A stretch of 32,000 bases of DNA from Bacillus subtilis subsp. subtilis str. 168 (GCF_000009045.1 NC_000964.3:2940001-2972000), one strand, 5' to 3'; shown: positions 10,181 through 18,302, counted from the first letter of the stretch. Notes: a model not told the origin generated them from the letters alone. A program made the numbers and translations.

Positions 10181-10211
10181 AAAATAGAATCCACCTCAAT
10201 AGGCGGATTCT
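10175..10211 (-). terminator. Intrinsic terminator downstream of ysdC
   Basis: On the minus strand: GAATCCGCC, a loop, GGTGGATTC, then TATTTTTTT. The stem has one mismatch. Confidence 0.75.
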
Positions 10212-10220
10212 TCCGTATCT

Positions 10221-11306
10221 TTATTGGTACGTAATTTCGTCAACCGTTTTTCGGTCTAACTTCTTAATGACTTCTGTAATTAACTTTACCGCGTTTTCAT
10301 AATCATCACGATGCAGCATGGCCGCGTGCGTATGAATGTAGCGGGTTGCAATGGTAATGGACAGCGCAGGAACGCCATTTGCCGTCAAATGGATGGCACC
10401 CGAATCAGTTCCGCCGCCGGCAATGGCATCAAATTGGTACGGAATGCCGGCTTCCTCCGCAGTGGCTACAACTGCATCGCGCAAACCTTTGTGAGAGACC
10501 ATGGATGCATCGTAAACGATAATCTGCGGGCCTTTGCCCATTTTGCTCTGCGCTTCCTTCTCGGAAATGCCAGGCGTGTCTCCTGCTATCCCTACATCAA
10601 CACCAAACGCAATATCAGGCTGAATGGTGTGTGCAGCCGTTTTCGCTCCCCTCAGCCCGACTTCCTCCTGCACGGTTCCGACGCCATACACTATATTTGG
10701 ATGATCTGTGTTTTGTAAGTTTCTTAACACATCAATAGCAATCGCACAGCCGATGCGGTTGTCCCAGGCCTTTGCGAGTAGGAATTTTTCATTGTTCATG
10801 ACCGTAAATTCAAAATGCGGAACGATCATATCTCCCGGAAGTACACCCCACTCCAAGGCTTCTTCCCGGCTTGAAGCTCCAATATCAATAAACATGTCTT
10901 TTATTTCCACTGATTTTTTTCTTGCTTCAGGAGACAAAATATGAGGCGGCTTAGATCCGATAACCCCTGTGATTTCTCCTTTTTTTGTGACAATGGTGAC
11001 GCGCTGAGCAAGCATAACCTGAGCCCACCAGCCGCCAACGGTTTGAAAACGGATAAAGCCTTTATCTGTGATTTGTGTCACCATAAAGCCGACTTCATCC
11101 AAATGTCCGGCGATCATAATTTTCGGGCCGTTTTCTGCACCAGTTTTTTTTGCAATTAAACTGCCCAGGCGATCTGTTGTCACCTCATCAGCAAATGGTT
11201 CTATGTATGATTTCATCACTTGCCTTACTTCTCTTTCATTGCCCGGTATGCCTTTTGCATCTGTTAAATCTTTCAGCATGGTCAATGTTTCATCTAATTT
11301 TGCCAT
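10221..11306 (-). CDS. ysdC: M42-family aminopeptidase (FrvX/YsdC type)
   Basis: 361-aa ORF with GAAGGAGGG SD. Metal-ligand motifs typical of M42 peptidases are present ([16 protein letters not shown]). Recognised as YsdC. Confidence 0.9.
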
Positions 11307-11423
11307 GTTCCAAACCCTCCTTCATCAGTCCTGCATTCTTATTATACAAAACATGGCGCTAACCATACGACTATTTCACTTGAAAATCGGGTATATGTTT
11401 TTACAGCTTTCTTTTAGAAAAAG

Positions 11424-11449
11424 TGAAACCTTTTTCTATGCTTTTCGTA
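11424..11449 (+). promoter_or_regulatory. SigW-type (ECF) promoter of ysdB
   Basis: TGAAAC (11424-11429), a 16-nt spacer, then CGTA (11446-11449). This is an exact match to the SigW consensus TGAAAC-N16-CGTA, about 40 nt upstream of the ysdB ATG. Confidence 0.85.
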
Positions 11450-11489
11450 TTACATCAGATCATCACCATAAGGGAGGTGCCTTCACACA

Positions 11490-11882
11490 ATGTTTGTCAT
11501 GGTTCTAAGGATTATTTTGCTTGCACTTTTTGCTTATTGTATTTATGCCGTGGTCAAATATGTCGCGAATCCTAAGAGAAGGCTTAAGCTGGCCCAATCA
11601 AAAGAACATTTTTATATTATTGATGAACAAAACAATACCCGGAAGAATTTTCAGCTGACGTATAAAGGCGTGCTTTTTGAGGGAGAAAAGCATATTCCTT
11701 CCAAGGATCATCCGCTGTTTATTCACACGATCTTTGTCTGGACAGAATCTCCTGAGAAGCTGAAACATTTCTCTGCAAAAGATTTTGAGAACATTGAAGA
11801 AAAAGTGCTGGAACGATATCCAAATTGTAAGATTGACTGGGACCAGCCCATTAAACTCGCAAAAAAAGCAGAAGAGCGTTAA
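11490..11882 (+). CDS. ysdB: Small membrane-anchored protein YsdB (sigma-W regulon member)
   Basis: 130-aa ORF with AAGGGAGGTG SD and one N-terminal TM helix. Recognised as YsdB. Confidence 0.88.
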   Translation: MFVMVLRIILLALFAYCIYAVVKYVANPKRRLKLAQSKEHFYIIDEQNNTRKNFQLTYKGVLFEGEKHIPSKDHPLFIHTIFVWTESPEKLKHFSAKDFENIEEKVLERYPNCKIDWDQPIKLAKKAEER

Positions 11883-11900
11883 ACGCTTTTCTGCTTTTTA
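11861..11900. terminator. Bidirectional terminator shared by ysdB (+) and ysdA (-)
   Basis: A-tract, stem AGCAGAAGAGCG / CGCTTTTCTGCT (one G-T pair), then T-tract. The ysdB stop codon sits in the loop. Confidence 0.8.
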
Positions 11901-12167
11901 TAAATCAAACGGGCTGTAGTAAATAGCGATGAGAATCGCTTCTATTACCAGAAGAAGCGGTACTCCGTACTTAAAAGAAGCGTGTTTCGTTTTATGTCTG
12001 AAGGTTTGCATGCCAAGCCAGACACCGAGCGCTCCAAACACGATGGCTATCAGCCACAGCCGGTCTTCAGAAATTCTCCACTTGTGCTGCTGCGCTTTGC
12101 GTTTGTCAATGCCCATCACCCAAAAACCGCACAGATTAATCAACACCAAATAAGCAGCAATAATCAT
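11898..12167 (-). CDS. ysdA: DUF1294 small membrane protein YsdA
   Basis: 89-aa ORF with AAAGGATGAGG SD and hydrophobic segments. Recognised as YsdA. Confidence 0.85.
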   Translation of the reverse strand: MIIAAYLVLINLCGFWVMGIDKRKAQQHKWRISEDRLWLIAIVFGALGVWLGMQTFRHKTKHASFKYGVPLLLVIEAILIAIYYSPFDL

Positions 12168-12187
12168 GTTGCCTCATCCTTTATATA

Positions 12188-12216
12188 GAAAAAGCCGCTC
12201 TGCTGGAGAGCGGCTC
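12188..12216 (-). terminator. Intrinsic terminator downstream of rplT
   Basis: On the minus strand: GCCGCTCT, loop CCAGC, AGAGCGGC, then TTTTTCT. The stem is 8 bp and GC-rich. Confidence 0.85.
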
Positions 12217-12223
12217 TATATGA

Positions 12224-12595
<372 letters not shown>

Positions 12596-12614
12596 CTAAT
12601 TGTTCCTTATCCGA

Positions 12615-12827
<213 letters not shown>

Positions 12828-13349
12828 TTATTGCTTTTCGTTTTTCGGTGCGAGCATTAAGAACATGCTGCGGCCGTCCATTTTTGGTTTTGTTTCGACT
12901 GTCGCAACCTCAGCACATGCTTCGGAGAAACGGTCTAATACACGCTGACCGATTTCTTTATGAGTGATTGCGCGTCCTTTAAAGCGGATAGAAGCTTTCA
13001 CTTTATCGCCTTTTTCAAGGAATTTAATCGCATTGCGCAATTTCGTGTTAAAGTCATGCTCATCGATTGTCGGACTTAACCGAACTTCTTTTAAGTTAAT
13101 GATTTTTTGATTCTTGCGTGCTTCTTTTTCCTTTTTCTGCTGCTCAAATCGGAACTTACCGTAGTCCATGATTCGGCAGACAGGCGGTTTTGCATTCGCT
13201 GCAACTAACACAAGGTCAAGATTTGCGCGGCCGGCGATTTCAAGTGCTTCCTGACGGGACTTGATTCCAAGCTGGTCGCCATTTTGTCCGATTAAACGGA
13301 CCTCACGTGCACGGATACCCTCATTAACCAATTGATCTTTGCTAATAAT
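12828..13349 (-). CDS. infC: Translation initiation factor IF-3, ATT start codon
   Basis: The ORF track starts at an internal TTG (13331). The frame stays open upstream and reads ATT ATT AGC AAA GAT CAA TTG ((M)[10 protein letters not shown]...). GGAGGTGG lies 3-4 nt upstream of the first ATT (13347-13349). This gives the 173-aa B. subtilis IF-3. Confidence 0.9.
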   Translation of the reverse strand: MISKDQLVNEGIRAREVRLIGQNGDQLGIKSRQEALEIAGRANLDLVLVAANAKPPVCRIMDYGKFRFEQQKKEKEARKNQKIINLKEVRLSPTIDEHDFNTKLRNAIKFLEKGDKVKASIRFKGRAITHKEIGQRVLDRFSEACAEVATVETKPKMDGRSMFLMLAPKNEKQ

Positions 13350-13551
13350 GAGCCACCTCCATAGTTTCTTCGAATTGATTCACAACTCATTTTGAATGCA
13401 TTTTGCAGGCAAACAAAAAGTGTGGGCATTATAAAACACCCACACTACGAACATCTGTATCAATAAAAATGTACGGTCAACCTGCCAACTACATGCATGT
13501 GTCAATCAGGTGAGAAGCGGGTGCTTCTGCTTGTGATTTATATTCAATTCA
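13350..13551 (-). promoter_or_regulatory. infC-rpmI-rplT leader RNA (L20-responsive transcription attenuation leader)
   Basis: An untranslated leader of about 200 nt lies between the promoter (13558-13586) and the infC SD. It contains a 5' hairpin (AGAAGC-GGGT-GCTTCT, 13512-13527) and an internal terminator (13411-13447). B. subtilis is known to use an L20-dependent attenuator here. Confidence 0.8.
13411..13447 (-). terminator. Attenuator terminator inside the infC leader
   Basis: On the minus strand: AGTGTGGGT, a loop, GCCCACACT, then TTTTTGTTT. It lies about 65 nt upstream of the infC start. Confidence 0.8.
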
Positions 13552-13557
13552 ATAACT

Positions 13558-13586
13558 ATTCTACACAATACCGGATCTTTAGTCAA
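13558..13586 (-). promoter_or_regulatory. Sigma-A promoter of the infC operon
   Basis: On the minus strand: TTGACT (13581-13586), a 17-nt spacer ending in TGTG, then TAGAAT (13558-13563). Confidence 0.8.
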
Positions 13587-13794
13587 GGACGACTTATCCG
13601 GAACAACTTTTACATTGTAACATGGGTTTTCTATGAGCGCAAGAGAGAAAAAGAAAATCTTTCATCCCCACCCAGAATACAAAGAACCAACAATTCCCCC
13701 TTATTACGCAATTTACAACAAAACCACCGACAGGAAGAAATGTAAAACAAAGTTAATCTCTGACCGATATAAGGAGCAGAAGGGAGCCTGACAC

Positions 13795-14460
13795 ATGAAC
13801 AAACTGATACAGCTTGCTTTATTTTTCACATTGATGTTAACCGGTTGCTCGAATAGCAGCACATCTTCCGAATCAAAAGTCGAAACCACTGTTAAGACAA
13901 CGGCAGCATTTCCTCAAAAGGAGCTGGAGAAAGAGCTAAAAAAACTAAAACCCGTTTCATTGGACATGAAGTTCGAGAGTCCACTCGCTACCGAGTTAGG
14001 AAAGCGGAAGGCAAAAGAGGAAGCTGAAAAGCAAAGACAAATCGCCGCTGAGAAAAAGCTTGAAAAAGAGCGGGAGGCGAAACGAAAGAAACAGCAGGAG
14101 GAAAAAGCGGAGAGACAGCGATTAGCAGAGCAGCAGGCTGCAGAGAGACAGCGATTAGCCGAAGCGGAAAGACAAGCTGAACTTGAAAGACAGCGGCAGG
14201 CAGCAATCCAAAAAGAGCAGAAAGCGAACGCTGAGAAAAAGCGGCAATCGCAGGCACAACGGCAGCAGACTGAGGCACCCTCATCTAATAGTCAAGATCC
14301 ACCATCTTCCTCGAGTCAGACAGATAAAACCATTCAACAGCCAGCTTCAGAGCTTCCTGATGACGATGGTTATGGTTATGAAGAACGAAAAAAGTGGCAT
14401 GACGATCAAGTAGAATGGGGCATTAAACAAGGGTATATCGATCCCGAAGACGCACCATAA
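13795..14460 (+). CDS. yscB: Lipoprotein with a long Glu/Arg/Lys/Gln-rich central region, function unknown
   Basis: 221-aa ORF with GAAGGGAG SD and lipobox LMLTGC. Residues from about 60 to 160 are almost entirely E/K/R/Q/A. I believe this is YscB but could be confusing it with yscA. Confidence 0.85.
   Translation: MNKLIQLALFFTLMLTGCSNSSTSSESKVETTVKTTAAFPQKELEKELKKLKPVSLDMKFESPLATELGKRKAKEEAEKQRQIAAEKKLEKEREAKRKKQQEEKAERQRLAEQQAAERQRLAEAERQAELERQRQAAIQKEQKANAEKKRQSQAQRQQTEAPSSNSQDPPSSSSQTDKTIQQPASELPDDDGYGYEERKKWHDDQVEWGIKQGYIDPEDAP
14107..14159 (+). repeat. Tandem 33-nt duplication inside the lipoprotein gene
   Basis: GCGGAGAGACAGCGATTAGC (14107-14126) and GCAGAGAGACAGCGATTAGC (14140-14159) match at 19 of 20 positions with a 33-nt period. 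They encode AERQRLAE twice. Confidence 0.9.
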
Positions 14461-14463
14461 AAT

Positions 14464-14494
14464 AAAAAAAGCCAAGGCATTCAGCCTTGGCTTA
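14464..14494. terminator. Terminator between convergent yscB and lrgB
   Basis: Stem GCCAAGGC / GCCTTGGC with a 5-nt loop. The minus-strand reading is followed by TTTTTTTTATT. The plus-strand reading is followed only by TTATCC, so it is asymmetric. The 3' arm overlaps the lrgB stop codon. Confidence 0.85.
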
Positions 14495-15187
14495 TCCTCC
14501 GATCAGCTGCACGAACACAGGGATGACCAGAACCGTTACCACTCCTACTACGACAACAGCAATACTTGCCATCGCAGCTTCAACTTCTCCCATCTCAATC
14601 CCGACCGCTACACCAAGTGCATGTCCGGATGTTCCAAGAGCCAATCCTTTAGAAATCGGATTTTTCACTTTAAACACCTTCAAGAACAATGCTCCGAGCG
14701 CATATACGATGACAGCGTTAAAGATGACCGCAAAGGCTGTGATGTCGCTGATGCCCCCGATGCCTTTTGATAAAGGAAGCGCAATTGCCGTTGTAGCCGC
14801 CTGCGGAAGCATGCTTTTCATTACGGCCGAATCGAGATGAATGCCTTTAGCGAGCAGATAAACAATCGTGACAGAGCAGATAGAGCCGGCAATAATGGAG
14901 GCCATGATTTGCCACCAGTACTTTTTAAGCTTATCTCTTTGTTTGTACAAAGGAATTGCAAATGCGATCGTTGCCGGTTCAAGAAAAAACTTAATGATCT
15001 CTCCCCCGTTATTATAATCCGCGTAGGAAAAACCGCCGATTTTTAAAAATGCGATCCCCAGCACCATGGCAACAAACAAAGGAGTGAAAAGGAAGAAGCC
15101 TTTCGTTTTCTTAAATAAAAAGGTGCCGATGCCGAATGCAGCAAGTGATACGACAATCCCAAAATAAGGACTCATTGTGCTTTCCAT
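14492..15187 (-). CDS. lrgB: LrgB-family membrane protein (PftB, pyruvate transporter subunit)
   Basis: 231-aa polytopic membrane ORF with AGGAGG SD. Recognised as YsbB/LrgB. Confidence 0.93.
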   Translation of the reverse strand: MESTMSPYFGIVVSLAAFGIGTFLFKKTKGFFLFTPLFVAMVLGIAFLKIGGFSYADYNNGGEIIKFFLEPATIAFAIPLYKQRDKLKKYWWQIMASIIAGSICSVTIVYLLAKGIHLDSAVMKSMLPQAATTAIALPLSKGIGGISDITAFAVIFNAVIVYALGALFLKVFKVKNPISKGLALGTSGHALGVAVGIEMGEVEAAMASIAVVVVGVVTVLVIPVFVQLIGG

Positions 15188-15208
15188 GTGAAGAACCTCC
15201 TGTTTCCC

Positions 15209-15649
15209 TTAATGGTGAACGAGTTCGTTATTGTTCTGCGGGCTTTGCACTGTTTTTGTTTTCATGTCCGCTTCGGTTTTGCGTTTTCCGCTCAGCGACA
15301 GAATCAGCTGAGAAAACAATCCCGTAGCCCCCAGCAAAATAATCGTTGCGAGCAGAATGACAAGAACAATTTGCAGGCCGTATTGCTGCATCACACCAAG
15401 CGAATTCATAACAGATATACCTGATGGAACAAATAAAAATCCGATCAGAGAGGTTAAAGACGTTCCGAGCGTCTCCACTTGTTCCAGTTTAATGACTTTC
15501 AAACATAATAGGAGAAATAATAAGACCAACCCTACAACCGATGCCGGGATAGGTATTGGGACAATAGCGGCAATCATATTTGAAACCAGCATAATGACGG
15601 CAAAAATAAATGCTTGTGTTAAAAACCCGTACACTTTTTTAGCACTCAT
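15209..15649 (-). CDS. lrgA: LrgA/CidA holin-like membrane protein (PftA, pyruvate transporter subunit)
   Basis: The ORF track gives 149 aa. I chose the ATG at 15647-15649 (MSAKKVYGF..., 146 aa) because AGAGGTGAAG lies upstream. Confidence 0.9.
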   Translation of the reverse strand: MSAKKVYGFLTQAFIFAVIMLVSNMIAAIVPIPIPASVVGLVLLFLLLCLKVIKLEQVETLGTSLTSLIGFLFVPSGISVMNSLGVMQQYGLQIVLVILLATIILLGATGLFSQLILSLSGKRKTEADMKTKTVQSPQNNNELVHH

Positions 15650-15679
15650 TTTCTTCACCTCTTTCTCTTTGGTACCCTC

Positions 15680-15717
15680 ATTATAAATAAGAATTCCCTG
15701 TTATAAAGCGCTTACAA
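15680..15717 (-). promoter_or_regulatory. lrgAB promoter region: -10 TATAAT with a weak -35 overlapped by a cre-like site
   Basis: TATAAT on the minus strand at 15680-15685. At 15703-15717 the minus strand reads TTGTAAGCGCTTTAT, a cre consensus match except at position 14. The poor -35 suggests activator dependence. Confidence 0.6.
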
Positions 15718-15739
15718 GATAACATGCCGTATAGCGGGT

Positions 15740-15770
15740 CTGAGTTGCAGAATCAAATGGCTGAAATGCA
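15740..15770 (-). repeat. Two direct 10-mers phased 21 bp apart (candidate LytT binding sites)
   Basis: On the minus strand: TGCATTTCAG (15761-15770) and TGCAACTCAG (15740-15749), 8 of 10 identical, start-to-start 21 bp. They lie about 67 to 97 nt upstream of the inferred transcription start. Confidence 0.5.
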
Positions 15771-15782
15771 AAAAGCCGCCCA

Positions 15783-16508
15783 TCAAATATGGAGCAGCTT
15801 TTTCAATTCCTTCGCATATGTCCGGCTGACCGGTATTTTCGATCCGTCTTTCATGATCAGATTATACGTTGAATTAAACCATGGCTGAATTTCTTTAATA
15901 TATTCAGTATTCACGACAAAGCTCCGATGGACGCGGATAAAATCAGAATCCGGCAGCTTTTTCTCAATCACAACGAGTGTATCGCTGACCGTATAAGAAT
16001 GATCGAAGGTTTTTACATTGACATGACCATCTTCTGTTCCGGCATAGATAATGTCCTTCGTATCCACAATCACAATCGATTCCCCCACAGATAGCGCGAG
16101 CTTGTGCTGGCCGGCATGGCTGTTTTGCTCTGTTTCTACAATATCCCGATTGACTTTTTTATATTTTTTCAGCGTTTGCTGAATTCTTTCTTCATCGAAA
16201 GGCTTGGTTAAATAATCAAGAGCGTCCACCTCAAACGCTTTGAGCGCATACTGGTCATACGCTGTCGCAAACACAATAGCAGGAGGATGCTTCATTTTCT
16301 TCAATCGCTTTGCGATATCAAAACCGTTTTCTCCGGATAAATCAACGTCTAAAAACAGCAAATCAGGTTTTTGATCCATCATTTGGTCAAAAGCGGATTC
16401 GATATTTTCCGCTTCATTGATTTCCATTTCATCATTGGTCCGCTTAAGCAAGTAAGCCAGTTCATCCCTTGCCAGCATCTCATCATCAACTATTAACACC
16501 CTGAGCAT
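15783..16508 (-). CDS. lytT: LytTR-family response regulator LytT
   Basis: 241-aa ORF with an N-terminal receiver domain (LIVDDE...FLDVDL) and a C-terminal LytTR DNA-binding domain. The start lies 23 nt inside the lytS 3' end, with an AGAGGGAGAAG SD. Confidence 0.95.
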   Translation of the reverse strand: MLRVLIVDDEMLARDELAYLLKRTNDEMEINEAENIESAFDQMMDQKPDLLFLDVDLSGENGFDIAKRLKKMKHPPAIVFATAYDQYALKAFEVDALDYLTKPFDEERIQQTLKKYKKVNRDIVETEQNSHAGQHKLALSVGESIVIVDTKDIIYAGTEDGHVNVKTFDHSYTVSDTLVVIEKKLPDSDFIRVHRSFVVNTEYIKEIQPWFNSTYNLIMKDGSKIPVSRTYAKELKKLLHI

Positions 16509-18267
16509 GTTCTTCTCCCTCTTTCATCTGTTGCATTGGCACTTGAAAGGAAACCTCTGTCCCTTTATGAACCTCACTGCTGATATGCAGTGCAGCCTGC
16601 TGTCCGAATAAACCGATCAGCCGCTGATTTAGGTTATAAAGCGCTGTACCGGTTCCCTCCTTAGACGGAAACGGTTTCTTCCCCAGTTCCGGCAAGACGT
16701 CCGGCGGAATTCCGCGTCCGTTATCCGCCACCTTCATATAGACGGATGCATCATCAGATAAGACACAGACTGTAACCTTGCATATGTCTTGTTTTTTCGG
16801 AAACGCGTGCCGAAGCGCGTTCTCGACAAGCACCTGCAAAACAAACGGAGGGATTTCAATCTGCTCCAGTCTGCTGTCGATATTAAGCTCAATTTTATAT
16901 TTCCCGGGAAAACGCGCCTGTTCTAATGACAAATAGGCGTTAAGATGGTTCAGCTCCTTTGAGAGCGGAATCAGCAGCTGTCTCGCTCCTTGAAGGTTTG
17001 AACGAAAATAAACACTGAGCTGCAATAGGAGCTTACGGGTTTTTTCAACATCTGTACGGCATAACGCAGAAATCGTGTTGATCGCATTAAATAAAAAATG
17101 CGGATTCACCTGTGCTTGAAGCGCTTTAATTTCAGCATCCTTGAGAAGTTTGCTTTGCAGCTCTGCTTCCCCAAGCTCAAGCTGTGTCGAAAACAGCATG
17201 GCCAGCCCCTCGGCAAGTTCCTCCTCTACCTGACTCAGGCCTGCCGGGCTTTTAAAGTACATTTTTAAGGTGCCGATTGTATTGCCGTTCGATGTCAGCG
17301 GTAGGACAATTGCAGCGTGCAAAGGGCATTCAGCATGCGTGCATTCAATCTCTTCCTGCGAAATCGCCTTCATAATATGCCCTGTTTTAATCACCTTTTT
17401 GGACAGGCCGGTGATCAAGCTTTTCGATGGGATGTGGTGATCCATTCCCGCACCGACATGCGCAAGGATCTTTTCTTTGTCAGTGAGAGACACCGCATCT
17501 GTTCCTGTCAGCTTATGGATAATAGCCGCTACACTTTTACAGGAGTTTTCATTTAATCCTTGGCGGAAAAATGGAAGTGTCTGATCAGCAATCGTAAGCA
17601 CTCGATGCGTTTCGAGAGCCCTTGCCTGTTCTTCCTTGCGAATGATCGCTTGAATAATAGACAGAAAAATAAAACTGCCTGTTCCATTGATGAGTATCAT
17701 CGGAATTCCGATCATGCTGACAAGCTCCCAAGCGTCACTGAACGGCTTTGCCATCAGCAAAATAATGATCATTTGCAGTGACTCCATGCCGATTCCCACA
17801 AGAGCGGCGATGCGCGGTGTCGGCATTCGATATCGCTTCGTAAAATACCTGCCGATCAAGCCTGCAAGAACACCCGCTAAAATAGATGAGACGGCACAGC
17901 TTAAGGCCGTGCTGCCACCGAGTGAAAAACGATGCAGGCCCGCAAGTATGCCGATCCCAGCCCCTACAAAAGGACCTCCGAGAAGGCCCCCGATTTCCAC
18001 GCCCAAAATACGGGTATTCGCGATAGAGCCCGATGGATCTATCGTAAACACCCAGTCATTGTTTACAATCATATTTCTTTGAATTTCGATGCCTGTATAA
18101 TTGCTGATGATGCTGAAAAGAGAAAAAATAGAAATTAAAATCGCTTTTCCTTTATAGCCGTCCTGATTCTGAAGAGCTTGTCTGAAAAGTTTCGTATGGG
18201 CGAGAATGAACCCTAATATAACAATAATCCCCACTCTCTCCAGCATCATAATCATTAAATGAATCAT
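16486..18267 (-). CDS. lytS: Sensor histidine kinase LytS
   Basis: 593-aa ORF with an N-terminal multi-TM 5TMR-LYT sensor, a GAF-like region, the NPHFLFNAINTI phospho-acceptor box and an HATPase domain. Confidence 0.95.
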   Translation of the reverse strand: MIHLMIMMLERVGIIVILGFILAHTKLFRQALQNQDGYKGKAILISIFSLFSIISNYTGIEIQRNMIVNNDWVFTIDPSGSIANTRILGVEIGGLLGGPFVGAGIGILAGLHRFSLGGSTALSCAVSSILAGVLAGLIGRYFTKRYRMPTPRIAALVGIGMESLQMIIILLMAKPFSDAWELVSMIGIPMILINGTGSFIFLSIIQAIIRKEEQARALETHRVLTIADQTLPFFRQGLNENSCKSVAAIIHKLTGTDAVSLTDKEKILAHVGAGMDHHIPSKSLITGLSKKVIKTGHIMKAISQEEIECTHAECPLHAAIVLPLTSNGNTIGTLKMYFKSPAGLSQVEEELAEGLAMLFSTQLELGEAELQSKLLKDAEIKALQAQVNPHFLFNAINTISALCRTDVEKTRKLLLQLSVYFRSNLQGARQLLIPLSKELNHLNAYLSLEQARFPGKYKIELNIDSRLEQIEIPPFVLQVLVENALRHAFPKKQDICKVTVCVLSDDASVYMKVADNGRGIPPDVLPELGKKPFPSKEGTGTALYNLNQRLIGLFGQQAALHISSEVHKGTEVSFQVPMQQMKEGEEHAQGVNS

Positions 18268-18293
18268 TCATGTCACCTGTTCTTTCCGTTTTC

Positions 18294-18302
18294 ATTCTAG
18301 CA
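18294..18302 (-). promoter_or_regulatory. Candidate extended -10 promoter of lytST
   Basis: The minus strand reads TGCTAGAAT (TGn + TAGAAT), about 25 nt upstream of the lytS SD. There is no good -35. Confidence 0.5.

Noticed and set aside
10311-11508. Plus-strand ORFs 10311-10718, 10708-10944, 10941-11159 and 11068-11508
   Set aside because: All are antisense to ysdC or run through its promoter region, and none has an SD. The ysdC frame has clear M42 peptidase motifs.
13594-13665. 23-codon minus-strand mini-ORF (MKDFLFLSCAHRKPMLQCKSCSG) just upstream of the infC promoter
   Set aside because: The only purine-rich stretch (GGGTGGGG) abuts the ATG with no spacing, and I see no promoter for it. 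It could be noise. I cannot rule out a micro-protein, or that an old annotation (yscA?) refers to something here, but the sequence alone does not support a call.
13497-13745. 82-aa plus-strand ORF in the infC / lipoprotein-gene intergenic region
   Set aside because: It overlaps the infC promoter and leader on the opposite strand. It has no SD, and its composition is implausible (it runs through promoter AT-rich sequence).
14040-14260. Repetitive GA/AG-rich DNA in the lipoprotein gene as a possible CRISPR array or VNTR
   Set aside because: There are only two copies of a 20-mer at a 33-nt period. They are in frame and encode a charged helix. There is no spacer/repeat architecture.
14487-14840. 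117-aa plus-strand ORF rich in Thr/Pro/Ala
   Set aside because: It is entirely antisense to lrgB and has the codon-complement composition typical of a shadow ORF in a hydrophobic gene. It has no SD.
14492-15649. lrgA/lrgB as a holin-antiholin programmed cell death module
   Set aside because: The family name suggests this, but in B. subtilis these genes (ysbAB/pftAB) are established as a LytST-induced pyruvate transporter. Nothing in the sequence argues for a lysis cassette, and no murein hydrolase gene is adjacent.
15728-15756. Alternative lrgAB promoter TTGATT-17-TATACG overlapping the downstream 10-mer repeat
   Set aside because: The -10 lacks the invariant final T. The TATAAT at 15680-15685 is a better core element. 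It is kept only as a caveat to the repeat-position argument.
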